64,000 bases of DNA, from contig JAHIVW010000003.1 in the NCBI GenBank assembly GCA_018816245.1, positions 470,834 to 534,833 of the forward strand, given 5' to 3'. This DNA comes from Nanobdellota archaeon. Its GTDB lineage: Archaea; Aenigmatarchaeota; Aenigmatarchaeia; QMZP01. The notes under the pieces are model-generated. The model was not told where the DNA came from. It did no database searches and worked only from the letters and a program-made list of their open reading frames with translations. The stretch's first letter is position 1. Every line of letters starts with the position of its first letter. Shown here piece after piece: positions 1 to 9,698 of this stretch. A program made the position numbers and the translations under genes.

Positions 1-787
1 CCTGAAAACATGGTTGTCGCGCCTCCTTACGTGGTGTCAGCAAAACTATAAACCTCACCCTGGTAGGAAGATTGATGAGTTCCTGTTCTCGCGCATGCAG
101 GGCTATGTCGAACGGGCACAACAAGCGTATGAAACAGGCCGATTCCGAACAGCGCTGCAAGCAGCCTTCTTCAGTCCAGTAAACGACATCCGCTGGTATC
201 TCCGCCGCACGGACACGGTTGGCGAAGCGCTGCCGTATGCCCTTGATCTCGTTGTCCGCATGATTGCACCTGCAGTGCCGCATGTTGCTGAAGAATGCTG
301 GAACCGCCTCGGCAACACCGGCTTTGTCTCAACAGCAGTGTTCCCGACATTACAATCAGACCTGATCTCCGAGGTTGCTGAAGCCGCTGAAGCCCTTATT
401 CAGCAAACCGCTCAGGACATCACCGAGGTCCAGAAGATTGTCGGGAAGAAACCGAAGAAGATCGTTATCTACGTCGCAGACTTCTGGAAGTACGACGTCT
501 ATGCCACCATGGTCAAGGGAGCAAGCAAGGGTAGTATTGCGGATCTCATGAAAAACCCGGAGATCAAGAAACACGGCAACGACGTGATCAAGTTCGTGGA
601 GCGCCTCAAGAAGACCAAACTCACCCAGCTTCTCAACCACGACGAAGAGCTCGCCGCTCTTAAGGATGCGACACCATTCTTTAGGAAAGAATTTGATGCT
701 GAGGTCGAGGTCCGCAGTGCCCGGGATGTGGATGATCCCAAGGCGAAGCGAGCGGAACCCGGCAAGCCAGGGATTGTATTCACCTAA
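1..787 (+). CDS. leuS: Leucyl-tRNA synthetase, C-terminal part. 5' end lies outside the window; the reading frame is open from nt 2.
   Basis: Translation ...KIDEFLFSRMQGYVERAQQAYETGRFRTALQAAFFSPVNDIRWYLRR... matches the archaeal LeuRS anticodon-binding/C-terminal region. No stop codon upstream of the TTG at nt 14. Confidence 0.6.
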   Translation, partial: LKTWLSRLLTWCQQNYKPHPGRKIDEFLFSRMQGYVERAQQAYETGRFRTALQAAFFSPVNDIRWYLRRTDTVGEALPYALDLVVRMIAPAVPHVAEECWNRLGNTGFVSTAVFPTLQSDLISEVAEAAEALIQQTAQDITEVQKIVGKKPKKIVIYVADFWKYDVYATMVKGASKGSIADLMKNPEIKKHGNDVIKFVERLKKTKLTQLLNHDEELAALKDATPFFRKEFDAEVEVRSARDVDDPKAKRAEPGKPGIVFT

Positions 788-1114
788 GTGATTGTCATGT
801 CATTCATGCTTATCATACTCGGAGCAATCGATATCATTGCAGGCATCGTGCTCACCCTCACGGGTATTGTTTCCTTTGCTGACAATCAGCTTGTGTTCAT
901 CCTCGCTATAATCTTCATTCTCAAATCGCTCTATTCCCTGGTGACGGCCATGGCAGCCGGGTTCTTCTTTGATGTGCTCGGCTGGTTTGATTTGTTCGCT
1001 GGGTTCATTCTGCTGCTTGCAACCTGGGAGATCACCTTCGGGTTTGTCATCTGGATCGGGATCATCATGATCATCAAAGGGATCTATTCCATTGTCATGG
1101 GACTCGTCGCATAG
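788..1114 (+). CDS. Small hydrophobic membrane protein (about 3 TM helices), function unknown. GTG start immediately after the leuS stop.
   Basis: 108-aa ORF, strongly hydrophobic (ILGAIDIIAGIVLTLTGIV..., GFILLLATWEITFGFVIWIGIIMII). Confidence 0.4.
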   Translation: MIVMSFMLIILGAIDIIAGIVLTLTGIVSFADNQLVFILAIIFILKSLYSLVTAMAAGFFFDVLGWFDLFAGFILLLATWEITFGFVIWIGIIMIIKGIYSIVMGLVA

Positions 1115-1122
1115 CGTCCCAG

Positions 1123-4122
1123 TTACCGAGAACCACCCTTTTGCAGATCATACATTTTTTTTATTCTGTTGAGATCGTCAGCAGTATGGACGTCTTTATC
1201 TGTCCGTATCCTGACAACGCGCGGGAAACGGAGCGCGTAGCCAGAGGTATAGGTCGGACTTTTCTGGATTTCTTCATATGCCACCTCAACCACAACATCC
1301 GGCTTGATGACGACACGGTTTCCCGCTTCTTTCTGTATCAGTGGGGTAAGGAGTTTTGTCAGTTCCTGGAAGGTAACCCCTTCAACCGCTGCTTTCTCCT
1401 TGATACCGGTTCCGATCATGCCGCATTCGAGAAATCGTCCAGTTTCAGTGTCTCGCACACCTAACACATAACTTCCTAACCATCCTGTCCGCTTTCCCAT
1501 TCCCCAGGTTGCGCCGATGATCACGAGATCCAGATTCTCCATGGTTGGTTTGACTTTCAACCAGAAACCAACGCGCCTGCCAGGCTGGTAGTGCGCCTCC
1601 AAGTTCTTCACAATGAGCCCTTCCTGATGCGCCTGCAATGCTTCCTTGTAGAATGCGGTTGCGCGCTTGAGGTCCGTTGTCTCAAGATGTTTCGAGAGTT
1701 GGAACTTACCAGGAATCGGTCGAATGATTCGCTTAAGCGTTGCCCACCGCTCCTGTAACGATGTCATAAAGAGGTTCTTTCCTTCGAGGTAGACCACGTC
1801 GAACAAATTCACCTGCACCGGAATCTCTTTCGCAATCTTCTCGATGTCATACTTGCGCTTGATCCGTTGAGAGAGGAACTGAAAAGGCATGGGAATGTTT
1901 TTCCGGAACCCGAGCATCTCTCCTTCAACAATTGCTTTCTTTGCCGTGATTCCCTCTCGTGCCCACGAGACAACTTCAGGAAACTGCTTGGTCACGTTTT
2001 CCAGTCGGCGCGTAAAGAGCCAGATCTTCTTTCCATCCTTATGAATAGAACAATTGTGGAGAGAAACAAAATTCGAACAATAACTTTCATCTCCTTCTAC
2101 TTTGAAATTGAACACTCTTGCACGTGGATCAATCTCTCGAGGATTATGACGCCGAAGCTCCCTTTTTCGCAATATCTTTACAAAAAGTTTGTCCTTGATT
2201 ATCTTTGCATGTTTCTTGTTTTTGGGAATGATAAGTTTGAAATACGTTCCACCAGAGACGGTTATCCTTCTCACCCCCATAACAATACCAAATCGCAAAC
2301 CTATGAGTTGTGCGAACGTTGCAAGATTGCTTTCTTTTGTAATAATGCTTGTTCTCCCTAGCTTGTCAGTATGACCGTCAGCTTCTTTCCATCCTTGAAG
2401 GAAGGAAAGAAAATGTTCCTTTGAAATATTCCAAAACCAGCTGGGAAGTGTTTTTCCTCTCCAGCCCGTTTTCCTGCGATTTCTGAAATTCTTCGAAAGC
2501 CAAAGTAGGAAAGGTCTATCCGTCCAGTAGAGACATAAAGCACCACGAAGCGGGCTTTCTGAGATACGCGTAATTCCAAAATCGTTAGTAATTATCTTTT
2601 TATAATATTGACAGAGCTCCTTTTCTGTTTTCCGATTGAACATTAAATCTATTCGGTATGTTTTGTTTGTCGTATTTGTATAACCGTCACCGATCCAGAA
2701 TCCCAAGAATCTGAAAAAGTTTTTATTTAAGATAAATTCCTTTCGGTAGCCGTCAATTGTTTTCAAACTGATTTTCTTTGAAAGTCGCTTGACAGGAAAA
2801 CGAGGAACAGGAAAAACCACTTCAGCATCACGAGGGACAAATTCAATAGGCAACCAACAAATAGCACCTTTCACCGAGACGAGAATTCTGTGCTTCTCCG
2901 TAATTCTGAATTGATTGCCTAGAAATGTCTGAAATTCGAAAACTCGTTCTGCTTTATCGATATATCTCCTATTTTTTTTCATGATTTTTTTATATCTGCC
3001 CGTATGGGTCAGCACGAAATCACCAACAGTTACATATTTCGCAGAAACGAGTCCTCTATCCTTTACGAACAAAGGAGTATCTCCTGAAATGCATCGAACG
3101 CCATCATACTTAAATTCGAGAGCAGGATGTTTGTATGATTGTAATGCACTCTTCAGGGACGGAGCTTTCTCTGATAACAGGACGTGGTAGGGCTTGCCGA
3201 CTTCGAGGCTCACGTGCTGCAACCCAGCAATCCCTTCCTCCTTTGCAAGCCGTGCCACCTCTCCGTAATCAGGTTGCAGAAACCATGCCCGTTCAACAAC
3301 ATCGCTGAGTTGCTTCTTCAGATTCGATCCTATTGCTGCATCAGCAATAAGGACGTAATCCTGTCCCCGGTTTGCGTTCCACAGATCCGCAAGCTCGATC
3401 TTCTTTTTTGTCACGTGATTGTGTTTTTTGAATGTTTCCACTTCTCGTTCTGTGATGCGTTTCTTTGTGACGAGAACAGCAAGAACATCAGCGTCAATGA
3501 GAACATGTTTGTTCCGTTCCTTGGTAAGGAGAGAGACAAGGTGTTTGTCCTTCGGTTCCTTTCCCGGCCACAGAATTTCCGCGAAGAAGGCGTTGACAAT
3601 AGCATCCCGAATCATACCTTCAGCAACGCCGACGCGAAGATCGCCGAGCACGGTTCGCACAAGATATTTCGCTTCTCGGGGTGTTGCTGTACTGATCAGT
3701 TCGGATACCAATTGGGATTTCCGTTCCTGTGATCCCTTGCCCTCCACAACAACAAGTTTTTGGATGTTTGTTGTCACCTGTTCTATGGTCAGTGTTTTCC
3801 GAAAGAGGGTTGCCTGCTTCTTTTTCTTGATCAGCTCTTCGATGACGGAGCCGTAGTCACCGCTTTTTCTGAACTGGGCAACGACCTGTGTTTCAGTGAA
3901 TCCTGTTGTACTGGCAATAATCTTGACCATGACGTGGCTGGCAATTCCAAGTTCTGCCGCTTCCCAGGAAGGAAACACGGTCCCTTGGAGCAATCGTACC
4001 ACACGCGGTAATTCTACCGTGGATGTTTCCTGTAGGAACGTGGCAAGGAGATCTGTTTTTGCGAGCTTGCTGGAAACAGTACTCAGCTTCTCGTAGAGCT
4101 CGGCGAGCGGGGCGTAGTGCAT
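1123..4122 (-). CDS. lig: ATP-dependent DNA ligase interrupted by an intein. Likely start is the Met at 4122 (MHYAPLAELYEKL...); the six-frame ORF extends to 4188.
   Basis: N-terminal DNA-binding domain resembles archaeal Lig. Adenylation motif EFKYDGVR is followed directly by CISGDT (intein N-terminus). After ...FVSLHN the extein resumes as CSIHKDGKKIWLFTRR, a KYDG-xR-x-x-IHKDG ligase motif. TATA-like AT-rich elements lie inside the 4123-4188 extension. Confidence 0.85.
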   Translation of the reverse strand: MHYAPLAELYEKLSTVSSKLAKTDLLATFLQETSTVELPRVVRLLQGTVFPSWEAAELGIASHVMVKIIASTTGFTETQVVAQFRKSGDYGSVIEELIKKKKQATLFRKTLTIEQVTTNIQKLVVVEGKGSQERKSQLVSELISTATPREAKYLVRTVLGDLRVGVAEGMIRDAIVNAFFAEILWPGKEPKDKHLVSLLTKERNKHVLIDADVLAVLVTKKRITEREVETFKKHNHVTKKKIELADLWNANRGQDYVLIADAAIGSNLKKQLSDVVERAWFLQPDYGEVARLAKEEGIAGLQHVSLEVGKPYHVLLSEKAPSLKSALQSYKHPALEFKYDGVRCISGDTPLFVKDRGLVSAKYVTVGDFVLTHTGRYKKIMKKNRRYIDKAERVFEFQTFLGNQFRITEKHRILVSVKGAICWLPIEFVPRDAEVVFPVPRFPVKRLSKKISLKTIDGYRKEFILNKNFFRFLGFWIGDGYTNTTNKTYRIDLMFNRKTEKELCQYYKKIITNDFGITRISESPLRGALCLYWTDRPFLLWLSKNFRNRRKTGWRGKTLPSWFWNISKEHFLSFLQGWKEADGHTDKLGRTSIITKESNLATFAQLIGLRFGIVMGVRRITVSGGTYFKLIIPKNKKHAKIIKDKLFVKILRKRELRRHNPREIDPRARVFNFKVEGDESYCSNFVSLHNCSIHKDGKKIWLFTRRLENVTKQFPEVVSWAREGITAKKAIVEGEMLGFRKNIPMPFQFLSQRIKRKYDIEKIAKEIPVQVNLFDVVYLEGKNLFMTSLQERWATLKRIIRPIPGKFQLSKHLETTDLKRATAFYKEALQAHQEGLIVKNLEAHYQPGRRVGFWLKVKPTMENLDLVIIGATWGMGKRTGWLGSYVLGVRDTETGRFLECGMIGTGIKEKAAVEGVTFQELTKLLTPLIQKEAGNRVVIKPDVVVEVAYEEIQKSPTYTSGYALRFPRVVRIRTDKDVHTADDLNRIKKMYDLQKGGSR
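2053..3093 (-). mobile_element. Intein (347 aa) with a LAGLIDADG homing-endonuclease domain, inserted in the DNA ligase adenylation domain just after KYDGVR
   Basis: Starts with Cys (CISGDTPLFV), ends ...VSLHN with +1 Cys. Two LAGLIDADG-type blocks (FLGFWIGDGYTN and FLQGWKEADGHT). The segment is visibly more AT-rich than the flanking extein sequence. Confidence 0.75.
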
Positions 4123-4186
4123 ACTGATTCTTCGTTCTTGAGACATTAAAATTGGTGATTTAAGCAGGGAAGACCAACTCCTTTTC

Positions 4187-4924
4187 ATGACCTACCCGGT
4201 GACAAAACTGATCATTGCTATCAATGTGATCGTTTTTCTCCTCGTGTTTTCGTTCCCTGAAACCGCCCGGGAACTGATCTTCCTCTCCTTCAGCTTCTCC
4301 GCCGGCACCTCGGGAGAGATCTGGCGATGGATTACCAGCATGTTTCTCCATGTGAGCGCGAGCCATATCGTCCTCAACATGCTGGGACTCTGGTACTTCG
4401 GGAAGGTTCTCGAACGGTCAGTATCGCGGCAATGGTTCTTGGCCATCTACTTCATCTCCGGGCTGCTGGGGAACTTCGCGTTCATGATGACGTCAGGTGC
4501 ACCGGTTGTTGGGGCATCAGGAGCAGTCTTCGGTGTCCTTGGTGCAGCGATGCTCCTGAATCCGATGAAACCGGCAAAGATCTTCATCTTCCCGCTCCCG
4601 CTGGGTATTGTCGGGATCCTGTTTCTCTTGTTTGAAACCATGGTCATTTTCTTCCAACCTGTTGAATTCGGGCATGTTGCAACGATTGCACACATTGCCG
4701 GTGTGATTGCCGGCGGGATGTTCGGGGCCTTCTATAAACCGAAACAAGCGCTGAAAAGTAGTTTGTTTCTTGCGGTCTCGCTGATCCTGCTCATTGCACT
4801 GAATCCCATCTTCTCGCTCATCACGAGTGTTGGTGGGTTTATCCACTGGATCATCGAACAAGTTGCTGGTCTTGTCTTGTACACCTTAGCGGCACTCCTT
4901 TCCTATGTTTGGGCGGCTTTCTGA
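4187..4924 (+). CDS. Rhomboid-family intramembrane serine protease
   Basis: Polytopic membrane protein with the GxSG active-site motif (GASGAVFGVLGAAML) and the downstream catalytic His helix (HIAHIAGVIAGG). Confidence 0.8.
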   Translation: MTYPVTKLIIAINVIVFLLVFSFPETARELIFLSFSFSAGTSGEIWRWITSMFLHVSASHIVLNMLGLWYFGKVLERSVSRQWFLAIYFISGLLGNFAFMMTSGAPVVGASGAVFGVLGAAMLLNPMKPAKIFIFPLPLGIVGILFLLFETMVIFFQPVEFGHVATIAHIAGVIAGGMFGAFYKPKQALKSSLFLAVSLILLIALNPIFSLITSVGGFIHWIIEQVAGLVLYTLAALLSYVWAAF

Positions 4925-5224
4925 ATAGCGTTCTTCGAGTTTAGTCCAGGCATGCCGCCGCCGGCCCCAGTAAAAAATGACCAAGGCGAGGATGATCGCG
5001 CCAATGACCAAGGCGAGGATGAGCTGCGTTTCCTGGATTGTGGGAAAGAGGGAGAAATCAGTGGCAGGAACCTGAGCTCCGGAGGTACCGCAATCAGTGG
5101 AACAGATCCCCCGTTCCTGGTAGTGGCAGATGCCGTCGCCGCACACTGACACGGTTGGACCGCCGATGTCCGGTTGCACGGGCCCGAGGACCGCAAGTAT
5201 GAGGAGAATGGAAAACGCGATCAT
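4886..5224 (-). CDS. Small secreted Cys-rich protein with a CGDGxC...DCG module and a C-terminal TM anchor plus basic tail
   Basis: N-terminal hydrophobic signal (MIAFSILLILAVLGPVQP). VCGDGICHYQERGICSTDCG shares the motif of the three modules in the 1539-aa protein. C-terminal TM LILALVIGAIILALVIFYWG followed by RRRH. Confidence 0.5.
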   Translation of the reverse strand: MIAFSILLILAVLGPVQPDIGGPTVSVCGDGICHYQERGICSTDCGTSGAQVPATDFSLFPTIQETQLILALVIGAIILALVIFYWGRRRHAWTKLEERYSESRPNIGKECR

Positions 5225-5226
5225 GG

Positions 5227-7893
5227 CTACACCTGAAAGAAGTGCTCAGTAAAGGCAGGATAGAAATTATCCGGCTCGATTGTTTCGATGGTCAACACAT
5301 GGGTGAGTTGGTTGTTCCAGACCAGCTCGGTCTGGAGGTACTGGTTCCAGAGGGAAAGGGTTGCACTTGCTGTTGTATCCGGTTGAAGAGCATCAATAGT
5401 GATTTTACCCTGAACGGTTTCAAATAGTTGTCCTGGATCAATAACAAAGAACTTTTCTTCACCTTGTTGTTTGAACTGGATTTCATGGCATGTTTGTTTG
5501 CTAATGAATGTTTGGCATTCAGGATTGCCAGTAACCGTTAAGGTGCATGCAGGAGCAGGAGCAACATCGTACGAACATTGAATATCTGCTACAGTGGAAG
5601 GTTTCACAGTCGCCCTAAACGCGAGATCCAGCCCTATCACCTTTCTGTTCATGAGATTTTGGAGTTCTTCTCCGGGCTGGGTGTTTGCCGTAATGTCACA
5701 GGTGAGGGTGTCATCTACATTCATAAAGAATTGCGAGCAGTCAACCCGGTCTCCCCGGCGTTTATACAACGTGATATCATTGAGACGGTAGTCGAATGCA
5801 TTTTCATCAACAAGTGGATAGGTGTTCATCATTCTGATTTTCAATTTCAGATTTGCGTTCCCGCCGACGATAAATTCGATTTCAGGGATAATATAGACGG
5901 ATAAGATTTTTTCAGAGTCTGTTCGTTGGCTCGGAATCTCCAGCTGGGTGAGGTACATCTTTGACGTCCCGGGATAGATCATCCCGCTTCCGGCTTGCCA
6001 TTGTTTCTTGACAAGATTTGTTGCAGGATCAACAGCAAAAAGAAGGTCGCGAACTCCCAAGGCATAGGCATTTTCCGTTTCCGGACGGGCTGCTGATAAT
6101 ATTGAAGAAAAGGTGATCTTGTCGCCATCGCTAATCTTGCTGAAATCAGTTGCAAGATCAGTGAATTTCCAGTATATTGACTTCACACCAATAGCGCAAT
6201 ATCCTGAGATGTCGGCACTTTCTCCGCATACCTTGTCTGGACGGGATTGAATCGGTCCGATGCCGGTATTAAAGGCGATTAACGAATCACCCTGGAGATC
6301 AAAGGCAAACGGGATAAAGGACGCTCCTTCAACGGTTGTTGTTGTTCCAGCAGCAACTGCTGATACTCTTAGGATATAGGTTTTTTCTTGGTAGAAATCC
6401 TCTTCTTCGATACCGTATCTCTCTCGTAATGCGTCCTTGATATCGTCGAGTGAGAACTGAATGCTTGTTTGGATTGTTGTTTCATCTTCAACGAAATAAA
6501 CTGACTCATTCGTTATCGTGAACAGTTGATAAGGGATACATGCTCCTGTATCTGAAGTCTTAACGCAGCCGAGATAGGGATCTTCTGTGGTGGATTGAAA
6601 CATGAGTAAAACCTCTGCGTTCGTCTTGACAAAGGTTGGACTTGACCCTTTATTGTATATTTGAATCGGAACCGTAATGACCTGGTTGTTCGCATCGTAC
6701 AGGGGGTTTCCGGTCGTCTCCGGGGGAATAGTATCAATGTTAATACCGTCAATCCCGTCCGATGATTGTGGTGAATCAACAACAAGGTCTACCAATCCCT
6801 CTTTGCAGGGCGCTGTAATAACGTTGGGTGCGTTCTCCCCATCGTCTTTGCAGGAGAGCGTGAGTTTTTCTATCGACTCCGCAAGTTTCGCTCCTTCTTC
6901 GGTAGTGTAATTGACATGATAGGAGGTGCCGAACCAGTAATCATTTATATTGTATGAATCAAAAACATTTCTATTCTTTACCACGAGTTTCTGTGTTTGG
7001 TCAAACGAGAGCTCCGTTGGGGTAATCCCCCCATCTGACGGGACAATGTCCTTGTATCCATAGATCGCCGTCTGATTCGATAGTATGAGATAGGGATTTT
7101 GTGTCCCAACGATAAGCTCGTGTCCTCCATCAAAAATAGATGGGGTAATATATTTCGCCTGTGAAAATGGCTGGATGATTGTATCGCTTGTGGGTGTTTG
7201 AAGAGCGATCTCCGCTTCCCAGTATTGTCCCGGGTAGAGATTGCAGAACCCACCAGTTCTACATCCTTCTTCATCCCATGGTTGTGGTTCTGTTGTGAAT
7301 TCGCCGTTTTCATCTGTAAAAAGAGGATCTTCATCTGTTCCAAGTTCTATAATGGGCTCATCATCAAGATATGAGTCTTCTGGATAATTGTCAGGAACCT
7401 TGTAGACGGTAAACTTAATTCGTTTGTTTGTATACAGTTGCCCGCTTCCATCATTCAGCTCAACGTAGCCGGTGAATTCAATCGTCGGTAACGACCCAAG
7501 GGTAAAGATAGGCTCGTTGAGATGGATCACCCATCCCCGGTCAACATCGAACTGCATCTCATCAATCGCATTCCCAGTGAGCACCCGAATCACTCGGAGC
7601 TTATCATTTGGAAGAAAATGGAGCTGGTAATCCCGTGATTCGCCAACAGGAATAGACCGGTCGGTCTGGAAGGTTCCCACCGGCACACCGTTGATGGTTA
7701 CGGTAAATGTCGGAATGTCTTTTGAGCCGCAATTCTGCAGGGTCATCGCCCCTTCATCAAAGCCGACGATCTTGACGCATGAACTGTAGGGATCAAGAAC
7801 CTGCGGGAAATAAAGTGCCGCAAAGCTGCTGAGGACGATAAGGATAACCGCGAGTAAGACCACAGCGAGGATTGTTGACGATCCCTGTTTCAT
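5227..7893 (-). CDS. Large (888 aa) secreted or surface protein with a pilin-like (class III-like) N-terminus, function unknown
   Basis: N-terminus MKQG/SSTILAVVLLAVILIVLSSFAALYF (basic-x-Gly then hydrophobic helix). Rest is Thr/Ser/Asp-rich extracellular-type sequence. Co-directional with and immediately upstream of the small CGDG protein. Confidence 0.7.
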   Translation of the reverse strand: MKQGSSTILAVVLLAVILIVLSSFAALYFPQVLDPYSSCVKIVGFDEGAMTLQNCGSKDIPTFTVTINGVPVGTFQTDRSIPVGESRDYQLHFLPNDKLRVIRVLTGNAIDEMQFDVDRGWVIHLNEPIFTLGSLPTIEFTGYVELNDGSGQLYTNKRIKFTVYKVPDNYPEDSYLDDEPIIELGTDEDPLFTDENGEFTTEPQPWDEEGCRTGGFCNLYPGQYWEAEIALQTPTSDTIIQPFSQAKYITPSIFDGGHELIVGTQNPYLILSNQTAIYGYKDIVPSDGGITPTELSFDQTQKLVVKNRNVFDSYNINDYWFGTSYHVNYTTEEGAKLAESIEKLTLSCKDDGENAPNVITAPCKEGLVDLVVDSPQSSDGIDGINIDTIPPETTGNPLYDANNQVITVPIQIYNKGSSPTFVKTNAEVLLMFQSTTEDPYLGCVKTSDTGACIPYQLFTITNESVYFVEDETTIQTSIQFSLDDIKDALRERYGIEEEDFYQEKTYILRVSAVAAGTTTTVEGASFIPFAFDLQGDSLIAFNTGIGPIQSRPDKVCGESADISGYCAIGVKSIYWKFTDLATDFSKISDGDKITFSSILSAARPETENAYALGVRDLLFAVDPATNLVKKQWQAGSGMIYPGTSKMYLTQLEIPSQRTDSEKILSVYIIPEIEFIVGGNANLKLKIRMMNTYPLVDENAFDYRLNDITLYKRRGDRVDCSQFFMNVDDTLTCDITANTQPGEELQNLMNRKVIGLDLAFRATVKPSTVADIQCSYDVAPAPACTLTVTGNPECQTFISKQTCHEIQFKQQGEEKFFVIDPGQLFETVQGKITIDALQPDTTASATLSLWNQYLQTELVWNNQLTHVLTIETIEPDNFYPAFTEHFFQV

Positions 7894-7934
7894 TGGGTAT
7901 TTATTTTGTAAAGAGAGTTAAATGTGAGATAGTT

Positions 7935-9026
7935 ATGAATCCACCGATCCTGATTCGGATGAAGCTTGTTGAGGTGCTCCGCCGCCCAGGCCCAAAGCGG
8001 TTGTTTTACCACCGCGACACGGATGGGACAGCGAGCGCAGCCCAACTCCTTCGGCTCGACAAGACCTTTCGTCCTGTCCCCCTGGAAAGCGCAAACCTCA
8101 CAAAAGCACAGATCACCGAGCTTACTGAAGAAAAGCCACAGGCAGTGGTGTTCGTTGACCTGCCCGTTGACCAGATCAATGACGTGCTCCAAGGACTTGC
8201 CGCAGCACTTCCTGAAACCATATTCCTCATCCTTGATCACCATATCATGACCAATCAGCTCACTGGGAAGAACATCACCTCTTGGAATCCCCGGCAGCAG
8301 GACCCAGAGGCATATATCCCTTCCAGTGCGCAGGTCTACTATCTCCTCAAGGTAGCGGAGAAGCAAACGGTTCCGTGGATCGCCGGCATTGGGGTTATCG
8401 GCGACTACGGGCACACAACCTGTGCTGATATCCTGGACGATGTGAAGGAAACCGATCCCCAACTCCTGCAGCCAGCAGGAGAACTTGCTGACCTGACCCG
8501 TGATTCTGCGTTTCAAACCACCCTCGCCTTCGGTGCAGAACTCGTGAATGCTGCCATCACGGTCAAGGGGGCGGACGGCACCGAGGATGCGCTTGCGGCG
8601 CTGGTCACAGCACCAGCATTTGAGGTGTTTGTGAAAACACCGTCACTTCGTGCAGCGTACGATGCATTGAAACGAGAACTCAAGAACGTTATGACAGCAG
8701 CAGAAAAGAAAGCTGAAATCAACGAGGAGCTCAACGTCGCCTTCTATCCAATTGAATCAACGATGTCACTTGCAGCAACCGTTGCAACGCTCATTTCAGA
8801 AAAGTACCCAGACAGAACCATCCTCATCAGGAAACGTTCCGGGAATGGATTCAAGGTGTCACTCCGCAACCAGGCAGGGCGAATCAATGTTGGAGAACTT
8901 GCGAAGCGTGCAAGTATTGATATTGGTTCTGGCGGCGGTCATGAGAAAGCGGCTGGCGCATTTGTGGTTGACTGGGAAGAATTTCACGACCGGGTACTCG
9001 CGTTCCTTGAGGAATGGCAGCGCTAG
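7935..9026 (+). CDS. DHH-family phosphoesterase (DHH plus DHHA1; RecJ/NrnA-like nuclease)
   Basis: Motifs HRDTDG, ILDHH and GGGHEKAAG (DHHA1). Probable start MNPPILIRMKL at 7935, divergent from the 888-aa gene with about 40 bp between them. Confidence 0.75.
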   Translation: MNPPILIRMKLVEVLRRPGPKRLFYHRDTDGTASAAQLLRLDKTFRPVPLESANLTKAQITELTEEKPQAVVFVDLPVDQINDVLQGLAAALPETIFLILDHHIMTNQLTGKNITSWNPRQQDPEAYIPSSAQVYYLLKVAEKQTVPWIAGIGVIGDYGHTTCADILDDVKETDPQLLQPAGELADLTRDSAFQTTLAFGAELVNAAITVKGADGTEDALAALVTAPAFEVFVKTPSLRAAYDALKRELKNVMTAAEKKAEINEELNVAFYPIESTMSLAATVATLISEKYPDRTILIRKRSGNGFKVSLRNQAGRINVGELAKRASIDIGSGGGHEKAAGAFVVDWEEFHDRVLAFLEEWQR

Positions 9027-9676
9027 TCAAGCCTGAGGACCAGAAACAGGTGATCCTTTTCGTAAGGATCAAGGACAACTTCTTCAACGATGGTGAAAAC
9101 CCGCTGCAGTTTTTTCTTTTCCTGTGCGTACACCTCTCGCGGTTTTTTCACAACGTTGATACTCCGGGCCTTGATCACCATCATGGCCGTCCCTCCTGGT
9201 GCCAAAAACTTCTCGGCGTTTTTGATCATGATCTCGGCCTGATCGTCTGTTGCCACGTCCTGGAAGAGGAGATCAACTGGCTCAATCCAGCCGTACTCCT
9301 GCGGTTTCTTTGCGTTCGCGAGAATCGGGACAATATTCAACCGCTTTTCTGCAAGCCGGGTCAGATCGCGGATCGACCGCTCGGATACCTCAACACCGTA
9401 GATGGTGCCATCCAGACCGAAGATGTCAGAGAAGTAGGATGCAGTTGACCCAGAGGCGATTCCCAGGTAGAGCATGGTCTTTCCCGGTGCAACGGGAAAG
9501 GTTTTGAGGCCCTTTTTGATCGCTGCCGCTGGCTTGCTCTTGTTCGGATCCCAGACGCGGTATTCCTGCTTCCCGATCGTGAGGAGCTTCTCGGAGAGGG
9601 ACCGGTAGCCAGGGACAAGGTTCCTCGTGACCAAGAGCTTGTTGTGCTTCCACACTCCCGGGAAGAGAGGAATCAT
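9023..9676 (-). CDS. flpA: Fibrillarin-like rRNA/tRNA 2'-O-methyltransferase
   Basis: EYRVWDPNKSKPAAAIKKGL...MLYLGIASGSTASYFSDIFGLDGTIYGVEVS matches fibrillarin across its whole length. Confidence 0.9.
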   Translation of the reverse strand: MIPLFPGVWKHNKLLVTRNLVPGYRSLSEKLLTIGKQEYRVWDPNKSKPAAAIKKGLKTFPVAPGKTMLYLGIASGSTASYFSDIFGLDGTIYGVEVSERSIRDLTRLAEKRLNIVPILANAKKPQEYGWIEPVDLLFQDVATDDQAEIMIKNAEKFLAPGGTAMMVIKARSINVVKKPREVYAQEKKKLQRVFTIVEEVVLDPYEKDHLFLVLRLD

Positions 9677-9698
9677 GACACAGGTTAGTGGTTCTGCT

